Shown here: piece after piece, positions 55,253-64,000 of the stretch | How the letters are laid out: each line of letters opens with the position of its first letter | How positions within the stretch are numbered: the first letter of the stretch is position 1 | NCBI RefSeq assembly: GCF_009914755.1 | Contig: NC_060944.1 | Source: the human T2T-CHM13v2.0 reference genome, Homo sapiens | Strand: one strand, 5' to 3' | DNA length: 64,000 nt | Program-made: the position numbers and the translations under genes | Notes under the pieces: model-generated | Told to the model about the DNA's origin: nothing | The model's input: only the letters and a program-made list of their open reading frames with translations | Database searches by the model: none

Positions 55253-55334
55253 ACATAAATGGGACCTGGAAAGATGGAGAGTATTTCAAATACTCTCCAT
55301 AATACATAAATGGGACCTGGAAAGATGGAGAGTA
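55253..55334. repeat. 31-bp direct duplication with intervening inverted copy
   Basis: ACATAAATGGGACCTGGAAAGATGGAGAGTA at 55253 and 55304; spacer contains TACTCTCCAT. Confidence 0.97.
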
Positions 55335-56504
55335 AGGAAAGGAGCATCCAGGTAGAAGAAATAGGGCAAACAAGGGAACATTGGGGAAAAAAATGGCATG
55401 GCTTATTTGGGGAACTGTGATTAAATTGTATTAGAAAATGAAACACATGATTAGAAACAACAGAAAGAATAGCAAACAATAAGTAAGTGAGGGACGAGTT
55501 GAGTTCAAATATTAGAGTAGTTAGAAATTTGGTAGACATTTTAAAATCAGCGATGGGTTTATAATTGTATCTTACTGTGTGTAAAACTATCAAATATATA
55601 AGCATTTGAGAACAAAGGCCGAACTTTAGAAAACTTAAAAGCGAGACCCTTTTGTAGAATTGTTAGAGCCTGAGCAAGGGTAATAACAAGAGTAATGAAG
55701 AGGAGGAGATGATTGAGAAGGGTACTGAAAGAGTTACGACTCTGTGGGACTCAGAGCCACTCCCAGTCGTATGGAGGCATGACTTAGAAGAATGTGTAAA
55801 GGATGATTCCGGATGGCAGAAAGGAAGGATGGAAGTTCCATTAATGGTCATTTGAAAGTCATTAGAAGGAACAATTTGTGAGAAGAAGACAAGTTCAGTT
55901 TTGATAAAAACAAATGTAGTATCTGCCAGCCTGACATTAAGATGAACTTGGGGAGCAGATGATCACAAATGTAGAGGTCGTGCCCAACAGACAGGATAGA
56001 GCTAGAAGGCAGGTTTGGAAAAAAGACTAAAAGAGGTGATCACTGAATCACAGGCAGGAGATGAAACTTGGATTAATGCTCATATGTAGGAAGAGAAAGA
56101 AATAAAAAGATTAAGAGTCATTAACATAGAGTTAAGTATGTTAATGTGTAGAAACTATTTAGCACAGTGCCTCGTTAAGGGTAAATTCTTAATAAAACAC
56201 AGGCTATTATTAAAGTCAAAGGGGAATGTTAGGACAATGAAGTGTAGAATCAAGAAGATTTAAATAAGGATACAAGTTGCTGCAGTTTCAAGTGCTCTAA
56301 TTTGGAGACGCTAGAGATAGATATTTGGAATATATCTAGGAAGACAGAAAAAGATGGGAAAAATAGATAAAAAACATCATCTACTCTCTGGTTTTCCCTA
56401 AATACTCTTACTTTCTGAGGTCAGTATTTATCTCTTGTATCCTTTCCAAGGACTGTGGAAAGCTTCGTGACTCCTCTGCAATATCATCGAAATGTGTGTT
56501 GTTT

Positions 56505-56742
56505 ATATTGACTAAGAGCATAAGCCATGGAGTCAGAATGCCTGGATTTGAATCCTGGCTTCTTTTTTAAACTGAATCTATGACTTTGGACAAATTGCTT
56601 AAGCTTTATGTTTCTAGATGTTTTCATCTATAAAATAGGGTCCTGAGATAACCTACCTATCTCTATTATGTAAATGAGGTTGATACTTTAAAGGTAACTC
56701 CTATAGCTAACTAATCAGTGTTGGCTAATGCATTTACTATAT
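56505..56742 (+). mobile_element. MIR SINE
   Basis: TGGAGTCAGAATGCCTGGATTTGAATCCTGGCT...TGACTTTGGACAAATTGCTTAA. Confidence 0.85.
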
Positions 56743-58509
56743 TTTGCTTCCAGTTAATTACATATTTCTGCATCTGTTAACTACCCTTTCTGCAACTGTT
56801 AACCCCCTTTCCAGCCACTCTGCATGCACTGGGTGTTAACAGTTGTTGTAGCAGAAGTAGTAGGTAAACTGAACAGGATACCAACACAGAACAGGCATCA
56901 GCGCACAAATAATAGGTATCCTTGACCTCAGGTTTTTGGGCCACCTTGGCTATAAGGAATTTCTGAGCCCTATCCATATCACTCAGGACCTCCCCCACAA
57001 TGAAATCACCTTCCCAAGTCTATGTTATTCTCTATGTTTTGGGCTAAGAGACATGAAGTACAGAGAGGTTATATAAACTAATTTTTAAAAATAAATTAAT
57101 GAAATAGAAAGTTGGCAATTAGCATAAGAACCAAACTTAGTTCTAAAATATAAAAACCTACAATGTTCCACAAATTTCAAAAGTATGTTGGGACAGTATT
57201 AAAATATCCACCAATACTAAAAATGATTTGCCACAGTTTGAAAGATGCATAAACAACTGACAAGTCTCTTCCCCATGCCCCTACTACGTAAACCTGAAAT
57301 TGTGTTTTTTAAGTGAAAAATTGGATCGTAATATAAAACAGGCAGCAAGTGGCTTCCCTGATCTTCTGGCTACCATTGTGGTTTATTTGTATGTACGATT
57401 TTATATAAATATGGAATTTGAATGCTTTTAAGAGTTAAATAGCCACAAACTTCACCATCCTCTATTACTTTGCTTACGTAATCAGTCTGATTCACACTTT
57501 TTTTTTTTTTTGGTTGCTGTTGTTTCTTTGTTTTTTTATACCTGCTAGGACTTGTGACCATTTGAGGTTGTAACTTAGTAGACGCCAAAGATAAGACACT
57601 TTCGTTGATCGTCTTTATTGGATTTCATATACACACATTATTCAGGGGAACTGACTATCTCCAATTCAGGCCTAGACAACTAATTTATTCAAAGAACATT
57701 AAATATTTAGTCTGAGTTGTTTTATAGACAATATGCTGTCAGTGATGTTTTGTTCCCCTATATTTCTGGTATCAGAAATATTGTCATTTTTATTTACAGG
57801 TGTGGAACCCAACTGATATGCCTCCAGGGAAAAAAGCATAAAAGCCTTTTGTGGTGTAGCCCACTGGGGAATCTGGAGTTTCAACAACCTCAATTGCTCA
57901 TTTACCCCTATTTTTGTCAAAGGCATATTTTCATAAGCATTCCCACACTAAATCTTGGAGGAACAGAATATTAACTAGTTTTCTTTTTTCTAATCACTGG
58001 CTCATTTAACATGAAAAAGTAAATGACACCCTAGCTTATTTCATTTATTTTTTTATATTGCTTTTTTACTAGAACTCTAAAAGCAAAAAGGCCTTAGGTA
58101 TCATAATGTACAAGTGTGAGTGATTAGCAGGATGCAAATACTCAGTTAATCACCCAGGAACACCATTTAGGGGTCTGCATGGCCTTCTTTATAGAGGCAA
58201 TAAAGACTGGGGGATATGCGGGCATTAATTTTTCACATAAAATGTTAATGAGATGCACAACTCATTACTATTCTTTCATTCCCGGATTTTAAAAGATAGT
58301 CTTTGCCATAGTTCTATTTACTCTAAGAAGGATATCTTAAGTAGTAGAATCCTAAAGTCTTCCTAGCAGCCGTTTTCATGTTCATGGTAGATTTTTGTTT
58401 AATAGATGGCCAAGAAAACAACATAAAACAACTTAGCTCAGAGATATAATAATTTACAAGTGTACAGAGCGCTGCAGTTTACAAAGCATTTTTGAGTGTA
58501 TTATCTCAT

Positions 58510-58805
58510 TTGGGTTCCCTGGCAGACACACTCTGAGATGGAGATCAGGATGCAGGAAACTTACTGCCATGTACTCTTGGAAGGAAGAGTAAGAAAACTG
58601 GACTGGGCAGAAGGAGAGGAGAGGCTGTAAGGCAGGCACCACGAAGGCCTCAGCCAACACTGCTGGGAACTCTGAAGGTTCTCATGAGTTGGCGTGAGGT
58701 GGCTTTTATATTTCTCTGTGGACCAGTCATTGTATATGGACTAACCCAAGAAGGAGAAATGACCTTGGGCGAAGCAAATCATTTTAGCTGAGGCAATTCC
58801 AACAG
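58510..58805 (-). mobile_element. ERVL LTR (LTR16-like)
   Basis: GGGTTCCCTGGCAGACACACTCTGAGATGGAGAT...GACTGGGCAGAAGGAGA...GGCCTCAGCCAA. Confidence 0.65.
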
Positions 58806-58939
58806 CCCTTAAATAAAATTTAGGTATTTCCCTCTCCCCTCCCCGGCATATGTTTACACAAGCAAATGGCAAGAGATGCCCCTGGAGAAATCATTACCAT
58901 GTGGCATCATAGGGTCCTTCCTTCTGGGAACCTGGCTTT

Positions 58940-59957
58940 TCCTTCAGTCAAAGGAATTTTGATCTGAATATTGACTTTGTTGCAGAAATCGGGAAAAGGA
59001 TTGTGACATTTTATTTGGGCAACTTCCCTCAGCCTCCTGACCTTCTATGCTAGATTTTATTTTGATTGCACACTGTAGGGGTATGGTTGTCGACTGCCCA
59101 TAGGGACAAGTTCCATTAATCCTTTCTCTATGAATCCTCTCTCTTTCTTTTTTCTGTAACTTCTCTGGGTGAATCTGTGAAATTTGTCTCTCTATGATGC
59201 AGGACTGTTGATGTCTTTGCTCATTTTTCAAAGTTTTCAGTTTTACGTTTAATTCTAAATTCCTAGGGGTCAACCCCCTGTCTGCATATGTTGGTGTCTG
59301 TCCATAACTGGGCAGGGGTTGTGCTCACCACCTTGAGTCAGTAAGGCTTCCGTTCCTTACAATGAATTTAAGGTTCAGAAGGTTTTCAACTCTTCCCTAG
59401 TTTTACTTTCTACTGGGTCCATTCACATCTCTTATGCAAATGTGTGTACCCTCAAGGCTAAACAGGAGTGTGTAGCTGGCTTGTGCCCGCTTGACTCTAG
59501 TGCGCATGTGTGTAGCCTCAGTCTAGCGTATGCTGTTCTAACCATGCACCCTTAGGCTAGTTAATCAATTGGCCCTCCCTACTTGACCAACTTCAAAATA
59601 ACCAGTTCTACCAACAAGGCTGCGCTGAGTGTGGCCAAGTCCACTGGTCTAAGTGAATGAGTCCCTTTGACTAGGACAGAGAAGCTTCCAGTTCTCAAGG
59701 CCCGTAACACCACGGCAAAGCCTTCATTCCTACCAAGCTGGGGTCAGATGGAAGCAAGGCCACCCAGCATGCCACAGATTCCCTCTCTTCTTCTTATCCA
59801 GAGTTCAGCAGATTTTCGTGAGTGAACACTTCTCAGATTGTTGTATGGTGTTTGTAATTCCCATAGCACTTTAATGGTTGATTGTGTTTATGTATCCATC
59901 TCTATAGTGGCACTTTGGGGAGAGGAGTCACGGATCTCCTGGCTTGGCCATGATTCA
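58940..59957 (-). mobile_element. Probable ancient L1M 5' region fragment
   Basis: Ends CTTTGGGGAGAGGAG...CTTGGCCATGATTC, resembling reversed old L1 5' termini; GAGTTCAGCAGATTTTCGTGAGTGAACACTTCTCAGATTGTTGTATG. Confidence 0.5.
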
Positions 59958-61455
59958 GCTTTTGGAGATTTCATTTAGAATCTGTGATCTTTCCCATATT
60001 CTTCCTAAAAGGGTAAGTTAGAGCCAGTTTTGGTACCTTAAGAACTAAGAGCTTTGTTTGTTTTGTGAATCCACATTTCATCAATGCACTTGCTTTACTA
60101 ATTTCATAATAGTACAAAACATTTTATATGAAAAACTTTTGCTTTCTTTTATTTTAAATCTCTCTTTTTTTCTTGCAAAGGTCAGTTCTTAACTAAATAA
60201 GTCAGAATAAACCTAAAGGACACTCTACAGTGAGATAAAGTATCTGCTTCCTTTTGTTCACATGCATTGCTGACTTGGAGCTCTATTTCTGCCTGAACAT
60301 TCTTGCAATGTGACAATGTTGAGCTTGGCAAAAGACCCTAAGCTTGAGCATGGGAAGCAGACACCAATTCTAGGCCAAATGTAATATTTAAGAGCCTATT
60401 TGAAAAGCTAATTTATGAGAATGCTTACTGCTGGAAGCAAGAAAATTGTTAGAAACTTCTCAGTAATTACCTTTACTGAAAAGGGAATAGAAATCATTCT
60501 GAAAATCAACGCAGAAAGATGGCATATCAACTTCCTGAACCATCAGAAGCAGGGTTTAGAGGTTGATTTGGGCTTTGCGAGGGTGCCAGCTGTGATGCAG
60601 GCAGCTGCCTGATAGCAGAAGAATGTGGGCCACGTGCACATCACATCAGAGCTCCAGTGACCCATCAGTTGGGTTGGGAACAGGTGGGAGGCAGGATGGA
60701 CTTGCAGTGGATTTTAACGTCAATGACCTTTTAGCAGGTCCATTTACCAGGACATTCAAAAAGCAAATGGGAAGGATCCAAAATAGTTTTGTGTGAGTCT
60801 CTTGTTTTCTTTTATCAAATCAAGTCAATTCTGTATATGGCCATGATGTAAAAAGTGAATCAGACCCCCATGTCCTTGAAAGCCACCAGAAGTTCCTTTG
60901 CTTTGAATGGAAGATCAACATGTTTAGAAAAATATATTTATTTTAGATAGTTACAGTGAAAAAGTGAGTGGTTCTGCTCTGAAGCTAAACAAGATTCCTC
61001 CTCTGAATAATAATCACCAAGAGGTCAGAACATTTTCTGGCTGCTTTTTAATGATCTATTTGACAGGACTCTTCAAAGAAACCTCTCTCAGCAACTCGGG
61101 GTTCGTTGGCCTCCTAGTCTCTAGAAAAGTGGTTCTATATGGTCCCCATGCTCCAATACGCTTCCAATCTTGGAAGTAAAACTAGCTTTTGTTGGCACAC
61201 TGGTATTCTAAAACTTGATAAATAGACCTGAAGATGGGGAAAATCATAATAAAAATAAACAAATACCTCTTTATTATGATCTTCTTTATCTTTTCTCCTA
61301 GATATCAACTTTTTTCTATATATTCATAATATCAGAAGATTGAGTTTTAGCCCCCCAGCACCCCCAGATATACTTATAAATAAATAATATTCTCTGTGAA
61401 TATTGTCAAAAGAAAGAACTGGAACTGAAAAGCACAGTTGATTTTGACTCCTTTT

Positions 61456-61457
<2 letters not shown>

Positions 61458-61499
<42 letters not shown>
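61458..61499. repeat. (GT)21 dinucleotide microsatellite
   Basis: Seen directly. Confidence 0.99.
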
Positions 61500-61503
<4 letters not shown>

Positions 61504-63188
61504 GAATGGTTAAGTTCTAGTTAGTAGATAAGAGAAATTTATTGTATAATCACAATTTCCCTTGGAAATTTATCTTAGAATATCCAGCACATTGAGTTTT
61601 TCCTCCAGTATTGGAACAATTTCTATTTCTTTCATTGAACACTAGAAGTAGATGACTTGTGTTTGCAAATCAAAACAAGCAAACAACTTATCTTTAAACA
61701 TTAGAATCAACATATCTTTAAATACTAGAACATTAGAAACATCAAGTGAATACCATGACAGGAATCAAAGATTGAGTCCAGAGTAGAAAAAAGATTCACG
61801 TCTCTCTTCTGCTCACTTCAAGGCAGCAAGTGGCAAAAGGGCCAGAAAGATTTCAATTAGCCCTTTATCTCATTTTAATTATTATTTTGAAATGAGCTGC
61901 TAAGCACACACAGATGAAGTGCATTGGTATAAACATGTATATTTGTACCTATGTGATATAGCTATACAAAGAACACACACATATGAACACACCACACTTT
62001 GGAAAACTAGTGATTCATGTTATTTTCCACATTCTTCTGAAGTTATTTTTTCCCCATGTGCTAGGCTAGAAGTGGGGCTGATGGAAACGTCTCCGGAATT
62101 TTCCTCTGTTAAACATTCAACTCTGATGTTCTCTGTTAAAATAAATTCAGTACCTGTGAGCTAAGGAAATGTGACCAAGAGTCCCTTAGTTAGGCTCAGT
62201 AACCCATCCCTTGAGTTATCTTGATTATTGAAATGATTTATTTTTCACAAGACTTGTAATTTCACGCAAAAGGAAGGAAGGGGGAAAATCACAAAACAAA
62301 CATGGATTGTTCAGGAATACTTTCAGATTGCAAATGAAAAGCTGTAATAGACAAGTCATCAACTATTCAGCTTTGTTGGGAATACAATTGATCTTGTCAG
62401 GGCTAAAAACCCATCTGCCGTTGAGAGGAAGATAATTTAAAAATTCCCTAATTAGTGTTCCATTTAATCTTCCACTGTCATGGTAAATGCTTTGATTAAA
62501 GTAAGTAACACTCATGAGTCACTACAAACCTATTTGAATGTCCATAAACTGATATAATTTTCCCACCCTTCACCATCTCAACCAGTATTGCCCTTCCTGG
62601 CCCCTGCAATATAGCAAGGATGGATTTTCAACAAAGCAAATAAAGGACTGATTTTCACAAGATCTGAACCCCGAGGAGCAGATTGTCAACCTTTCTTCTC
62701 TGCTGAGGACAAAGACAAGATCACAGACCATTTTCAAAACTTCCATGTTTCCAGAGGCTCCCTGTAAAGACTACAATCCTTTCTCTAGGGGTTCACACAG
62801 TGTTTTCTACTCAAGAGTCACAGGGGAGTTTAAAAACATGCATATTCCCGAGTTCAACTCTTCGATTTTAATTTTGCAGTTGGTGGTAGAGTTCAGGTAT
62901 TTGAATTTTATCATCCTTTACAGGGATTCTGAAGCAAAATTACTACTTTTCCACTTCATCTGTGATCTCCTACTTACTTTATTACTACTAATAATTGTTG
63001 GTAGAGTTTGACCTAGCCACGCTTAGAACCCAGCTGTCTCTGTTAGGAAGCTCTTTAAATGAGCAAAGGCCCTCAAATGTTACCTTTTACTTGCTTTCCT
63101 ACTTAGGGTTTTAGTTCCTTATTCTTTTATTCATTTATTCAATGAGTCTTTCTTGAACACTTAATGTGCAAAGTGTAGTTTTAAGTAT

Positions 63189-63562
63189 TGATATGGTTTG
63201 CCTGTATCCCCACCCAAATCTCATCTTGAATTATAGTTCTCATAATCCCCACATGTCATGGGAGGAACCTGGTGGGAGGTGACTAAATCATGGGGCTGGT
63301 TACCCTCATGCTGTTCTTTGATAGTGAGTGAGTTCTCATGAGATCTGATGGTTTTATAAGGAACTTTTCCCACTTTTGCTCAGCATTTCTCCTTCCTGCC
63401 ATCATGTGAAGATGGATGTGTTTGCTTTCCCTTCAGCCATAATTATAAGTTTCCTGAGGCCTCCCTAGCCCTGCAGAACTGTAAGTCAATTAAACCTCTT
63501 TCCGTTATACATTACCCAGTCTCAGGCAGTTCTTTATAGCAGCGTGAGAATGGATTACTACA
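63189..63562 (+). mobile_element. THE1D-like solo LTR inserted in an antisense L2 (about 63125-63780)
   Basis: TGATATGGTTTGCCTGTATCCCCACCCAAATCTCATCTTGAATT...GGATTACTACA; perfect TSD AGTAT (63184-63188 / 63563-63567). Confidence 0.95.
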
Positions 63563-63859
63563 AGTATCAAAGATTTAGCAGTAGGAAAAAAAACCAAAAA
63601 ATTAATACTGTAAGGGAGCTTGCATTCTAGAGAAAAGAAAAGGAAGGAATAATTATTCGAGTATTTGTAATCCCAATTGTAATAAGCAGGGGCCAGGAAT
63701 AAGGTGTAGGGAGGTAAGGTTTTTATTTAACTGGGTTGACTGGGAAGTTCCTTCTGACAAGTTGCAGGTTTGAACAAGCCTGCCCTGTAGTAAACTGGGC
63801 ATCCTCTCTTTCCTCACACCTCACAACCCCTGCCAGGAAGGAAGGGCAACCCTGGAGAA

Positions 63860-64000
63860 AGCATGGCTGAGGAGACAGAGAGAACTGGGTTCAGGTCACA
63901 CCTTGCTTCAGACCCTGAATCCACCCATGCTTCTACTTTTTAGTAAAGTAAGGGATTAGTAAGATGTTTAGTAAGGCAAGCTATTTAATCCACTTCTGTA
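63860..64000 (+). mobile_element. MIR fragment(s)
   Basis: GGAGACAGAGAGAACTGGGTTCAGGTC, AGGCAAGCTATTTAATCCACTTCTG. Confidence 0.5.

Noticed and set aside
55147-55605. 152-aa ORF with repeated LSIFPGPIYV
   Set aside because: The repeat is the 31-bp DNA duplication; the rest lies in decayed L2-like sequence with no recognisable domain

Overview
This is AT-rich, CpG-depleted primate genomic DNA, most likely human because it contains an AluYb8/Yb9-lineage element. It looks intronic or intergenic. I found no credible protein-coding gene, RNA gene, CRISPR array or prokaryotic system. The ORFs in the supplied track are Alu, LINE-1 or LTR read-throughs, or chance ORFs. Well over half of the window is recognisable transposon sequence: 10 Alu dimers plus a FLAM monomer, several L1s, MaLR/ERVL solo LTRs, L2, MIR and DNA-transposon fossils, and microsatellites. 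The main structure is a ~15.4 kb nested cluster (about 9.7-25.1 kb). An old, near-full-length L1MD/L1MC-type element was interrupted by an antisense, 5'UTR-containing L1MA, two MST LTRs, THE1B, three Alus and an L1PA2 fragment, most with readable target-site duplications (TSDs). The most interesting unexplained items are: an 82-bp near-perfect hairpin (27540-27621); a young, possibly polymorphic AluYb9; a diverged tandem array with a 32-bp period (about 35.1-35.26 kb); a dense GATA/RUNX/ETS motif cluster; a locally CpG-retaining unique segment with an RE1-like motif; and several duplication-inversion-duplication micro-scars typical of template switching. Subfamily names come from recalled consensus features, not a database search. 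Boundaries of old repeats are approximate.
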